A DNA stretch of 62,985 nt, filler included, from Reticulomyxa filosa (taxonomy: Eukaryota; Protista; Foraminifera): the NCBI GenBank assembly GCA_000512085.1. It is 16 parts of 16 records of this genome, joined end to end, with 100 filler letters (N's around TTAATTAATTAA, not from the genome) between each part and the next. Parts side by side here need not be neighbours in the genome. Positions count along the whole stretch, not along the records: positions 34,056 to 50,652 come from ASPP01006110.1; positions 50,753 to 51,959 come from ASPP01011454.1; positions 52,060 to 54,437 come from ASPP01006362.1; 13 more parts are not named here. The stretch is one strand, 5' to 3'. The position numbers and the translations under genes were made by a program. This document shows, in pieces, positions 39,812 to 52,802 of the stretch (position 1 is the stretch's first letter; the number at the start of each line of letters is the position of its first letter). The notes under the pieces were generated by a model. The model searched no databases, was not told the DNA's origin, and saw only the letters and a list, made by a program, of their open reading frames with translations.

Positions 39812-41277
39812 ATGGGAAGCTGTTGTGTCGTAAGTACTCAAACGTTTTTGTTTACTTGGAGGGGGTGATACGGAAAAGAATGCACGTAATAAGAAAATGA
39901 TGTTCATATAAAACCAAGCAGCAAGGAGCCGATAATTTGGATGTAAATGCTGTAATAAATGAAAAACTGGGAGAAGCAGCACAGCAAGAAAAAAGATTGA
40001 TACGAATATTTTTATTAGGACCAGGAGATAGCGGAAAGAGTACGATACTAAAACAATTAAAAAAAATTTATTCCAATGTGGACGAAAAAGAAAGAGTCTC
40101 ATACATAGCTTCAATGCAAGAAGTTGCGTATTTAAAAAATCAAAAAAGCTTAAATTTTGCTTTTTTTTTTTGGGTGGGTGGCGAAGGCGGTGCTCACTTA
40201 CCTGCATATCCTGAGCAAGCAAAGTTTATTATTAAATGCCAACAATAATTTTGACACAGACGTCGACAAGTCATTATATCCATTAAGAGAAGAATTTATT
40301 CAAAATCAAAAAACGTTGGAGTTGACCGAAGAAATGATTACAAAAATAGAAACACTTTGGGCCGATGTAAGCATTTTTAAAATAAAAAAACAAAAAAACA
40401 AACAGATTAACAAATAACACAAAACACGGTTAGAAAGGGATAAAGAAGACGTTGGAATACCGTTCATTGTATCAAATCGCAGACAATGTGCCGTATTTTT
40501 TGGATAAGGTCAGGGAAATTGGAACACGAGGATACGTTCCTTCGTTTGAAGATTATATTCGATTTCGTATGCGTACCACAGGATACACCTCAGAGAGATT
40601 TGTGACTGAACTCAAAGACAAAAAGTTTTGGTTGGAACTTACTGACGTCGGTGGACAAAGGGCAGAAAGGAAAAAATGGCTTTATTTGGACACGTCCAGT
40701 GTCAATGCAATCTTGTATATCATGGCCATTTCTGAGTACGACATGGTTTGTACATTTTTTTTTTAATATAAAATTCAAGCTACTTTCAACAAACAAAAAA
40801 ACAATACTCTTTTTTTTTTTAAGATGTTATTCGAGGCTGATAATGTGAAAAGGATCGATGAAGCCTTCGATTTATTTGTTGGGGTTATGAAGAAAGGATT
40901 TTTTGTCGACAAAACTTGTGTCATTTTTTTCAATAAATATGGTAAGCAGTTTTTTTTTTTCTGCTAATCTCAATGTCTAAAGTTGAATTCTTATGTTGAT
41001 TACTCTAGACTTATTTCTAGAAAAAATCAAATCAGTGCCCATTACCGTTGGCTTTCCTGACTTCCCGGGTGATTGTGATCCCCATAACCCTGAAATTATT
41101 TGTGAGTGGTTGTTTGCACGTTTCAAAGCGGTGTACGATGAACATAACAAAGACCCCAAAAGTCAATTACACTACCATTGTACCACTGCGTTGGACACCA
41201 ATTTAATAGAAAAGTTATTGCGCAACATACAGCTGGACGTTATCAAATCAAATCTCGCGATGGCGGGATATTTTTAG
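39812..41277 (+). CDS. Heterotrimeric G-protein alpha subunit (6 exons)
   Basis: 18-nt first coding exon MGSCCV|GTAAGT; GPGDSGKST; RMRTTG; DVGGQRAERKKW; FFNKYD; TTALDT. Confidence 0.95.
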
Positions 41278-42006
41278 GTGCCTCAAGATCTTTTCTTTCC
41301 ATGCCAACATTTTTTCGTATTGTGGATGCTCACACGAGAAATTTGCAGTCAATAATGTTTTTTTCAAGTTAACACCACTGTTCGCTATCTTAATTTTTTG
41401 GTTCTCTCAGAGCGGTGTTTTTTGTCACAAAATTTTTTTTTATTGCGATTCTGTCGAATAAATACTGACGATCTATTTTTTCCAGTTTTATGGCTTGTGG
41501 TTTTTATTCAATAAAATGGGAAATAATCTTTAATTCGGATAGCATCTTTTTCTTCTGAGCATCACCCGAGAAAAGGTTAATTGCAGAAAATACGTGCCTA
41601 AAAAAATTTTCTTTGTAATTACCTAAAAAACAAAATGAACCTAACGTATTTTATTGGGTTAACTTCGCTTTTGTCTTTTCTTATCAGCAAAAGAATTTCA
41701 ACATATTGAATTAAAAATATTGGTAAAAAAAAAATGGTGCTGACATAAAAAATTTTTTTTGCCAATGGCGATCGACAAAGTTGAAAAAATTAATTGCGAC
41801 ATTTATGAAAGCGAGATTGGACAAAATTATAAAGATTCTGAATTGGAAAAAAAAAGGGTTTTCAAAAGAAAAGAAATTAAGTTCATTCCCTTTTCAATGG
41901 ATAAGGTGTTTGTTTGCAATCAGTTTTCTGACATACAGCAAAATTTTATGCACACACCCACAAAAATAAAACCAAAAAACAAAAGCTGATGCCATCACGT
42001 ATCAAT

Positions 42007-42653
42007 TTATTCGTCATCTTCTTTCTTGGCAACATAGTTAGATTTGATTCCAGGCCATGATTCACCTTCTTCAGCTCTCATGTCCTCCCACATTTCGAGC
42101 TGGTTTTCACACATAAAGAAAAAGAAAAACAACAAAACAAAGGCTGTAAAATTATCTAAATAAAAAAAGAAAATGGGTACAAACCAATTGAAAAGGTATT
42201 TGGCGCAAGAAGATGCCACAATAAGATTCGGCTTTTTTATCGCCCAAATGTTCTAATTTGTTGTAGCAATCCAAGAATTTGGAATAATTGAAAAAGAATT
42301 GGCAAAGCTATTTCACATACCATCCACCAAACCAGATATTTCTTTAAAAAATATGGAATTATTTGATTGAATTTTGACGAAAAAAACAAACAAACCCTGT
42401 TTTCATTGGGGCAACGACGAGATGTACCGTAGCCATATTGAGGCAAGCATCGTTCAGGTTTGGTTTCCCAAACTCTTTTTGGGCATTCAGGCCAATGCTG
42501 TCTCCAGAATCCACCTCCAAAAAGAGTTCCCACTTTCTCAAGTTTTAGTGGATATCCCGTTTCTGTTCGGAAAATGTTGGTAAGGAGTGCACTTCCGCGG
42601 ATCTCCTTGGCGTCTGCCGCTTTTTGCTCTGGGGTAGAGTAATCACGGATCAT
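42007..42653 (-). CDS. Putative divergent cytochrome c oxidase subunit 6B-like protein
   Basis: TSRRCPNENR (cf. D.RFPNQNQ) and IPFQLLEMWEDMRAEEGESWPG (cf. CP..W.E.WDEQR..G.FPG). Middle splicing uncertain. Confidence 0.45.
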
Positions 42654-42898
42654 TTTGATGAGCTTTGGGAAAGTCTTCTTTTTTGTTTCCCCCTTATTGG
42701 TTCCAGGTTTGAACCGTTTTTTTAGGTATAAAAACTAAAAAGAATTATATAAACCATTTAAATTATGGCCCAGAGTATATTTGTTTTGATTTGAGCAAAC
42801 ACCAGCTGCACGATTGTATTTTTTAACACGAAAGCGGTCAGTCGTTTTTCTCCAAGAGTTCAATATTTTTCTCCCTGCTAAGACGCCTGAAAATAGTC

Positions 42899-44523
42899 AT
42901 GAGTGCCAAAGCATTACAGGACATTGCCCTGCTTTCTTTATTGATAGACAAAAATGCTTCATCTTGTTCAACGGAGGGAGAAAGCGGAAAAAAGTGCAAA
43001 GTGATGGTTTCTGGTTGTTACGACTTGTTACACAGCGGACACGTTGCATTTTTCAACGAAGCAGCAAAATATGGTGATTTGTATGTAAGAATTGGCAGTG
43101 ATGAAAACATTTTGTTATTGAAAAAGCATATGCCAATGTTTCCACAAGAAGAGCGGCTGTACATCGTAAGAAACATAAGATCAGTCTTCGATGCTCAGAT
43201 TTGTTCCGGAAAAGGATTTCTGGACTTTGAGCCAGATTTGGACATTGTTAAACAAAACAAAAACAATTGAAAAGCCCTTTTATCTTCCTCTTGTGTCCTT
43301 TAGAACATACAATCAATTTTTTAAATTGTCGGTTAGTTTGAACGCGAGGCCGCAAAATCAATCTAACATTGCGCATGTTGGTGATGGATGACACACAGAT
43401 AAAACCAGATATCTTTGTGGTCAATGAGGATGGAGATCGCCCCGCAAAACGAGAAATAGTGGAAAAGCGTGGAATCGAATACAAAGTGTGCAAGAGAATC
43501 CCGGCAGAACATCTCAATGCGCGATCTTCCACCGAAATTAAGGCCACCTTGTACAGCAATGATCAAACGCAAAAGGGCGATCAAAGTGCCTGTAATTCAG
43601 CAACAGGGAAGAAGCACGAAGAATCGGAGGACAAAGATATGCTGTTCCCTTGGCGTGTATGTCTAATAGGTGGGTGGTTGGATCAGCCATGGGTGTCACG
43701 TCTACATCCGGGATGTGTAGTTACCATCAATGTAAAGCCAAAAAAAGTATTTAAAGAAAGATCTGGACTTGGAACGTCGACTCGTAAAGTTGGAATTCAA
43801 TTGTGGGGAAAACAGGGACCACCAAAAGAATTGTCACCACAACAAGCAGCCAAGTACAACATAAAATGACCGCACTTATAAACCATACTTTTCTTTTTTA
43901 AAAATATTTTTGGAAGATAGGTTCCTATTTGGAGCCGAAAATCCACCAGGATCAAAGTACATTTCAGGGAGTCAAGATCACTTGGGGTTATTGCTACCCG
44001 GAATTAATCGCTTAGATTACAAAGGCGACTTCTGGCCGCATCACATTGAAACTATTATGGACCGCAAAATTATACAATGGTTACAATCTGTTCTTTGGTT
44101 TATTCCTTTGGAAAGTAGGCCTGATGGATATGATCCATTGAAAATTCAGCACTTAACTTCAGTTACTTTACAATTATGTGTGAATGACGTGTACAAAACT
44201 TCCAAACTTTTTTTTTGAATTGGGGAAAATTAAAGGAAAATGCTAAACTCATAGCCGACGCTAGCGCTTCGGGATGGGAAGCTATTAAAAACTGCAATGC
44301 AAAATTATTAGGGCAATGCCTAACTCAGACTATGAAAGGCTGGAAGGCGTTGTTACCCGAAACTGTCCCGGATGAATTAACTTCATTGTGGACAAAGTAC
44401 GAAAAAGAATCCTATGGAGTTTTGTTCACAGGCGCAGGCGGAGGATTCTTAATGGTTGTCAGTGAATCACCTATTTCTGGTGCGTTTCAACTCGAAATTA
44501 ATACACATTATTGGTGGGAGTAA
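42899..44523 (+). CDS. Cytidylyltransferase-like (HxGH) plus GHMP-kinase-like fusion protein (4 exons)
   Basis: VSGCYDLLHSGH, KPDIFVVNEDG, PWRVCLIGGWLDQP, RSGLGTS, SGSQD and TGAGGGF. Introns 43247-43398, 43854-43920 and 44162-44235 restore a single frame. Confidence 0.88.
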
Positions 44524-46071
44524 TTACTTCCGAAAAAGTTTTTATTTTATTTGCTTTTACATTACATTGAGTATATTTTGGTTGGCAGTGAGCTCGATTG
44601 TTTTCTTTTGATGAATAAAAATAAAATTTGAATCAGTCTAATTGTTAATGTTTACAAATTTCTCGATATTTTTTCATATATTTTCATTTATTCCTATTAC
44701 GTGAGTATATGACTTTTTTTGGGCGTTTTCTTTATCATGAATAATTAAACCGTGTTGGTTTGTAATTTTTTCGCATTGAAGCTTAATTCGATGAGCTTAT
44801 TTTACATTTGAGAAAGATTCATTAAATTTAAGAAAAATGTACAATTAATGATATTTCGCAATGTATTTTGTTGGAATTCGTAAGATGTCAAAATGTTTAT
44901 GATTTGAAGGTTGAGAAGAGACAAGCTAGTTCGGGTAATACTTAAAAAAATTTTGTTGGAATGTAGTGGTAAGTAATGGAATACAATTTTCAAAAAATAT
45001 TAATGCAGCAGACATTTTGCACGAGCATAATAAATTCTTTTTTACAAAAGTAAAAGTGGCGTAATATGTTATGATAATTTCTTTTTATTCTCTTGTTTTG
45101 CTTTTTAATTAATAGTTTTTGACTTTTTGAATGGAAGAGTCTACCTAGTCCTTTTAAAAATTTGACAAAAGGAACAAATTATCTCTTCAAGCCTCTCGCA
45201 TTTTCTACATTTATAACACTATTTTGTTGTTTATTTAAAATTAAAAGATTTATCCATCACACTTGAAATATTCGATACAATGTGCGTTTGTATGGTTATG
45301 TAAGCTCTCATTTCAGTGACAGTTCGACTTTGCGTAGCCACATGGAGTAATACCAACGTGTTCAAAATTTACCTTTTTCTTCAAATTTCGTGATTTCATA
45401 AAAAAAGAAAAGACAGGGTTATAATTGATTCAATAACACTTGCTCTCCTGTTCTTTAATTTACTTTTAAGTTTGTTGTAGGGAAACGAGTCTAGAGTGCA
45501 GCGGGCAGAGAAATGTTGAAAATCATATCGCTTGTAACGTTTTGAAAACTGTTCATAATCAACTATCTTTTTTAAAGAAAATAGCAATTTTAAAAAATTA
45601 AAGCAACTATATTTCCTTGATTTTATGTGCATTATATTGTTTAGCTGCTTGCCTCGAATACGTCATTTATTACTATATGCAATGTTCAACAGTTACAGTA
45701 TCATAAAAATTGTTAATTCACAGTTTATGTATTCTACTTTTATTCATTTTGTTAGTCAATATAACTCTCTTCCAACTCAGCTTTTGGTATTAGTACTAAA
45801 TTTTTTATTGTGGTGACAACTTTTCATTACAGCATTTTTCTTGCAGGATGTCCACTTGAAGAAATATTGACAACTAAAGCTACCATTGTTGGGCCTTTTA
45901 AAGTATGCATTTAACTATGGGATGTCAGCTGCTGATAAGAGACTACACTAAACGTATTACGAAAAGTTTTACTCAAAAAAAGATCTGCTTTCGATAAAAC
46001 AAAAGTAAATTAAGTAGATGGAAGATGAATAACACAATAAAAGAAAGAAAACAAAGAGTGAAGAAAAGTTA

Positions 46072-46138
46072 GTGGAGAAGTTTAACCCGCTGGGGGCTCC
46101 TCAACTCTTTCGAGTTCAGAGTAGGGACATGCCCTACA
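46072..46138. other. GC-rich intergenic island with three hairpins (candidate structured RNA)
   Basis: GGAG...CTCC enclosing CCC-GCT-GGG; AACTC-TTTC-GAGTT; GTAGGG-ACATG-CCCTAC. Confidence 0.35.
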
Positions 46139-46730
46139 TAACTATTTTTTAAAATTTTCAAGACAGATGAAAATTCAACTATTTATAAGATTGATTTAAT
46201 CTGCGGTAAATCTATAAATTTTTCTGCACCAATATTTTTAGTATATAAAGAATTTGCGCTTGTCTAACATAACTAAAGAACAAAGGAAAGATAGTTATGA
46301 ATTGATTGCAACAACAATTCTAAATACACGGACTGATCGTTGCTCTGTGGTTTGTGCAGTGTCGTGTGGAAAGGTCATGAGAAAAAATCAAACAAAAACA
46401 TGCAAAAGAAAAAAAAGCCACAAATAAAATGATAAAATAAAATAATTACGCCAAATTCTTCCATTAGATCAAAAGTAAGGGCGAACGGAAGTTTTTGTCT
46501 TGGAGCGGAACTATCACAAGGCCGCTCAAACACTGTGCTTGCAGATTTTTGTATTGTTTTTTTCTTTGCAACAAATCAACAAACGTGCCAAAAAAAAAAA
46601 GATAAAACAGACAATAAACAGTCAGAGAAAAGGCCATAAAAAACTCCGATACGCTAATATCATAGACGTGTCAAAAATTGAAAAAAGAACAAATAAAAAA
46701 ATCTAAAAAAATAAAAGATAAAAATAAACA

Positions 46731-49700
46731 TTAAGAAAGATCGTCGATACCGTCAATGCCACCACTGTGGCTACTAAATATAACCGAATTGGTTAAATGT
46801 TCATCAACTATGTCTTGTGTCTGATTTTTTTCCCAACAAAAATCGCATATTCTTACATGTTCACCAAATCCCATCTCTGGCAAAACAGCTTTATTGGAAG
46901 AGCAGATATTGCAGTAAATACGTCCACATTTCCTGCAGTGATGCTTTCTTTCAAGCACAGTGAAAGCTTTATTACATTTTTGACAATTAAGACAGTCTTT
47001 CTCTTCTACCCAGTGTTCGGCCACTACAATAAATATTCAATATCATATATTATTAGTTATATACATATATATAAAACAAACAAAAAGAATGCCTTACCTT
47101 TTTTGATTTCCCATTGCAATATTTTTCCTTCGGTATCACTTGACCATAAAAATTGATGCGTTAGAGCTGACGCGTGAATTTGTGTGACAGGTTTATTATG
47201 CTTTCTTGATTTAATGCACATGAGTTTAAATCGTAGAGTAGTATCACCACTCATTTGTTTCAATGACGTATTTTTGGGAGTGACATCACATTTGCTATTG
47301 GACTTGAACAAATTCAAATTGGATGTTATTCTTCTCTTTTGATACGACGGCAGCTTAGGAGAAAAGTGTGTGTCCGTGTTGACTTTCATGTTATTGTCCT
47401 CGACATCATCGATTTTTTTTGAGTGGTTCGTCGATGTCGTCGCCATTGGCATAAGTTTTTGATCGGAAACCTCTTTGGAGCTATTTGGAATGCAAAGCGA
47501 CCAAAAGCGAAGAGATCCGTCTTTATGTCCGCTGATCAACACACAAGATTGACTGGGCTGCCAATCTCGTAACGTGGCGACAGACATACAGGATATGCTG
47601 TGATGAATGGATTGTCCGGTTATAACATAGGCCAATAATTCTCCGTTGATCGTCCACGCACTAATGACTTGCCCAGCGGCGATAAAAATGTCTCCTTTGT
47701 TTATTGATACAACGCAACAACAATTAGAACAAAATAGCGATATATGAGCAAAGAGAGAGAGAGAGAATTGAAATAGATAAATAGACAAACAACGTTACCG
47801 GTAACATTGTGAATGGCAACACAAGAAATACTTTGCATGTGTCCCTCCAATCGATGCATAAGTTGCAATGTATTGAGATCCCAGACAATGACACTGTTGT
47901 CTTTGCTTCCGCTTGCCAAAATGCGATAGTCTTTGCTGTGGGCAAGACATGTAATTTGGCTATAGTGTCCGTACAATCGATTGCGCAGTGCCATGGTCGC
48001 GTGAGGAGGCCTACGTTTGTCTCTTCGCAATTCCGTTTTCAAACGCCATACGTTGATCAGCCCAGTCGAATCTCCAGTAAACACTGTAGTTCCATCGTTA
48101 GATGTAATCACGCAAGTGACTTGTCCATCCTCCGCACACACGATATCTTCAAAAACAGTGGCCAATTCCCCTTTAAATAAAACTCTCAAGCTTCGATCCG
48201 AAAAGCCCCATTTAATTGAGTAGCGGAATTCAGGAGGAATCAACAATTCATTTCCCGTGGCAAATACGGGCTTCATATCGGACAGCATACTTAAAAACGT
48301 TATGGGAATTCCATTTTCACTTCGCGACAATTCGATTGGTTGCAATAGATCGGGCTGTGTGTAAATGTTTACCAATGGATTCGTCGGTTTGCGCTGGGGA
48401 TGTGGTTTTGTAAACAGCTGCTTTGGAGTCTATTCAAAACAAACCAAACTCATTAAAAGTTGATTCATTCCAAATTGAATGCAAACAAAACTTGGCCAAA
48501 GTTATTGATATGAGCAATTTTGCTCTCTTTTTCTGCTTCATCTTCGATAGCCTCCAAATCTTCAGCCCCTTCATATGTAAGATAATAGAATACATTCAAA
48601 GATTCAACAGCAGCGTCCCCTCGCTGTTTGTAACCAAAGATTAGGTCGATCCAATGATGCAAATTTTGAGAAACATAAGGTGATTCCAATGCCTCTCGTT
48701 GCAACCGAATGAATCGCTCCGGATCTCCACATGCCCAATTGGGTAACAATACATCGTCAATGGCCACCTCTTTCTCAGTTTTATGAAAATTAAATCGGTT
48801 GACATTCATCAAGAAATGCGACGAAAAAAAAAACTCGGGAATCAATTCTTTCACGTCTTGCATTCCTCCGCTTTCCGAGGCCAAGTGCCAACTATTGGGA
48901 ATGCTGCTAAACAAACGATCTGCATGATCAAATTTTCCATCTTGCAATTCCAAAGCAATCCTATGTCATTGCGTTTGGCTATGAGACATCATGCAAAGAG
49001 GAAAAAAAGGTAAAAACTTGTTTTTTTATTGCAAAACTTTGTAAATGGCTCCAATCGAATTAAAAAATAGAGAACAATGGCCGCACAGGAATAATGACTT
49101 CCATAATGCCATGGCGGTATTTTTCCGGATGGGTCTTCCCACGTGTCAAACCTTTTTTTGAATCCCAACGCCCTTTCTTCTGTTTGCGCGCCCATCGGTT
49201 TGGACAAATCGCGATAAACAGCAGGATTCGCCAAATTGAGCGTGTCGCTTTCATAGTCTCGTAATATCCACGGAAAGACTGGGTACTGCGTTATGTCATT
49301 GTACGAACGTCCGGCCAATGTGTTCAAAAACATTAAATAGGCAAAGTTGGACATTTGCCCATTTACCCATCGTCGTGTTACCACACTTGCGCTATCCGCT
49401 ACCCGACCTAAAGTCTCAGCCACTAGTTGGAATGCGGTGCGCTGTTGGGCGGCTTGAATGTGATGCAACGTATCGCTGGTTTGAGTGTTGGTATCAGTTT
49501 TCAGATTGCTCATCTCCAATCGCTCTTTTTCTCGTTGTCGCTTTTGCTGAAACGATTCCGCATTTTGCACATGATCAAATACTGCATCTCGCTCACTTAA
49601 CAAAAAGGAGTGCAAGCAACACATTACATACAATACAAATCGCTATCTCAGGGGAGAATTTGTAGGCTTTGTGTAAAAAAAAGACTCCAAAACTGTCGTT

Positions 49701-50630
49701 TGGGAAAAATGAGTAAGAAATTGGAGCCATTGAACAAAAAGAATTCAATTGCAATTGACTGTAGCTGATATTGGCGCTTATAGACCTCTCGCAAAGTATC
49801 ATAGGAAAAGCGTAAAGGCTCTTTTTGATTTGCTGATTCATCGTCTGTCTTTTCAAGCTCTTTTGCATCACTAAGATTGATACTAAACATCGAATCGCGC
49901 TTGGATCGAATTTTTTTGATTGTCAACAAAGGTCCCAATTCAGAATCATTCATATCAAAGGATGTCATGAAGGCCAATTTTTTGTTCACTTTGATTTCGA
50001 TTTCTTGTAACTCGCCTTTGTTTTTGTGTTGTGTTTGAAATATAACAATAGTTTACGTTTGGAAACATTGTCAATAGAAAATCACATACCAGTGGCGATG
50101 TCCAAGCGAATGTGATAGAAAAAGTACATGGCCGTGCGACACAATAGAACGATGCCATGATCTTCATTTAAGCCGCTAATTGTACTGCAATTAAAGGTCC
50201 TGGTGGGATCAAACACGTCTCCAGGGCCCAACACCCTTGACATTCGTTCTACGATTCCCAAATTGGCCACTTGTTTGCGTGTTACCATATCAGCAATGTC
50301 TTGTTCTTGCTCGAAAGGCAAAATACCTTCCGTCAGATTATCGCTGGAAATTTCCTTTTCCTGGCTTTCTACCATTTCATCCGAGCTCTTTTGTTCTTGT
50401 TTTTCTTCCCGCCAATCTTCATTGTTGTATGCAAACAAATGGCTGTCCTTTTCATCGTCCTCCCTTCGTCTCGAGTTCTCTTCATCGTCATCTTCATCTT
50501 CATTTTGTTCGTCCTCATGTACCCTGTAGTAGTCGTCTTTTGAATTTACCACGTCCAGAAATTGTACTGATTTTTTCCATGGTTTTTCCTGTTTTTTGGT
50601 CTGTGGCAAACGCAAGTAACAAGACCGTAT
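46731..50630 (-). CDS. PH-BEACH-WD40-FYVE protein (WDFY3/ALFY/LvsA-like), 3' part
   Basis: [55 protein letters not shown]40 repeats and FYVE W..E...RKHHCRKCG...RICDFC. Confidence 0.93.
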
Positions 50631-50752
50631 ACGTTGCAAAAAAAAAAAAAAANNNNNNNNNNNNNNNNNNNNNNNNNNNNNNNNNNNNNNNNNNNNTTAA
50701 TTAATTAANNNNNNNNNNNNNNNNNNNNNNNNNNNNNNNNNNNNNNNNNNNN

Positions 50753-51671
50753 TCTGAAAGACAAGATTAACCAGAAAAGCGATAAACAGACGGAAAAAGA
50801 AGATATTCACACTTTAGCCAGTGACGTCGATCAAATTAATTCAGTGTCTTGCTTGCAACAATTGACCGAGCTTTCCAAATTAGCCAAAAAGAGCACTGTT
50901 TGTACTTTTTTTTTTAAAAAAAGAAAAACAGTGCAATTTTGGAATATCTTATATCTTAAAACAAAAATAAAATATTTAAAAAAAAAAAGGAATCAATTAT
51001 TCGAATGCTATGAACACTTGGAGAAAGAACAAGAATACTTGGAAAAACACAATCAATCCAAAATGAAAAAATTGTGTCAAGAAATAATGACGCAACATTA
51101 TAAAAAATGTTACCCTATTTTTTTTTGGGGGGGGGGGGAGGCAAGGGGTGAACGTAACATGTTGGTCAATTTGAACATAGATGGAAGTACAAGAGAAATT
51201 TGGAAAGAGTGCGCATCCAAAACAGCAACGTATTTGTGGAGATCGTATTCTCCTTTTCCAACTTGGTTTTGATGAACTTCTCTTTTAGCCAATTCTCTCT
51301 TTTTTTGTTTCACTGCTTATTCTTTAAGATTGTCAAATGTTCGCTCTTGACAGATATATTTTTCAGATTCCTAAACTTTTTGAGTTTGCGTAATTTCACT
51401 TCTTTAATGCACACTAGTATTTGTGCCATCAAAATCTACTTTTATGCCAAGGTTATTTTTATTTGTACGTCACTTTTAGCACTTCAGTACAAGTCATGCG
51501 ATCTATTTACATAAAAATGATGACATACTAATATTTAATCAAAATTTGACAGTTGAGACGCCTGAAGCCATTGGTGAAACGTTAATTGCTCATTTGTCTG
51601 CTTTGGGCAATGCCATTGCTGCCATTCGTAATAAAGATCCACATCTACCTTATACCAGAACAGCAAATTGA
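50753..51671 (+). CDS. Coiled-coil hypothetical protein, 3' exons
   Basis: Short charged exons between homopolymer-rich introns. Ends ...IRNKDPHLPYTRTAN*. Confidence 0.5.
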
Positions 51672-52059
51672 CGTAACTAACTCAGAGACAAATTTTCGTA
51701 TGTAAATATTACTGCTCGATATGGAAATGTTCGAAAACGAAAACGAAAACGAAAACTAAAACTATCACGGCTGATGCATATTCGCTCTCGTCCTTTCAAG
51801 CAGACATCTTCGAATACATCTGGGTCTATTTCTCCCAATGATGGAAAATCAAGACAAATGAAATCAACATGGTTAATCATTTGTGTGCATGTTTAGTAGG
51901 AATTTGTTGTTTTTGTTTGTTTGTTTGTTTATTTGCTTTTGTTTGGTTATGAGCCAAGCNNNNNNNNNNNNNNNNNNNNNNNNNNNNNNNNNNNNNNNNN
52001 NNNTTAATTAATTAANNNNNNNNNNNNNNNNNNNNNNNNNNNNNNNNNNNNNNNNNNNN

Positions 52060-52330
52060 TTTTGGATTTTCTACATTTGCATTTGGTCGGTATTTGTGTT
52101 CTGGATCATATGACAAAACAATTCATTTATTTGATGTTGAAATATTTAAGTCATTGTATTTGTACGATGTACATGCAATTGGTGTTTGAAATTTTCACCA
52201 TTACAAACTATTAGTAACAATAACAATGATAACAATGTCGATGCAATTAGGAGCACTGGATATACAATTTATTCTGGATCATTTGACAATACTGTTTGTT
52301 TGTGGGATGTTGAAACAGACAAAAGCTCTG
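52060..52330 (+). pseudogene. WD40-repeat pseudogene fragment
   Basis: YLCSGSYDKTIHLFDVE, then a frameshift, then KFSPLQ...GYTIYSGSFDNTVCLWDVET. Confidence 0.8.
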
Positions 52331-52802
52331 ACGGCCGTAGTTGTGGTATGAATCTGTGTTGTAGTTCACAAAGATACCATCCGTGCTTGGGGATAATTGC
52401 ATTTTATCTTGCCGTTTAAATTGAAACTACTTTTGGTTTCACTTGATTTTGTCGATTTCACTCAATGAAGATAGTTTTTTTTCACAATCTGTCGTCGGTT
52501 TTAGAAAAACACAACCAACTGTTTTTTTTTTTGCGTATTAACAATTGAGTAGTTTGTACAAGCAATAAGACGCAAAAGTTAGACTTCGACATTTGAAATT
52601 TCAAAAAAAGAATTCATTTTGCTGTTCATCCAAAAGGCAGATACAAAACACGGATTTTTTTTTTCAAAATAGACAAAGCGTAAAAGTTATAGATCCAAAC
52701 AGATCCAGAAAAAGTACATTGTATCAAATTTGTTGCGCCCTACTAAAAAAAAAAAAAAAGAAAAGAGAGAGCATTTGTACAAAGGGTGCGAAAAAAAAAA
52801 TC

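Noticed and set aside
45925-45955. U2 snRNA-like minus-strand text AGTGTAGTCTCTTATCAG
   Set aside because: Branch-recognition GUAGUA is incomplete, and there is no U2 5' stem or Sm site.
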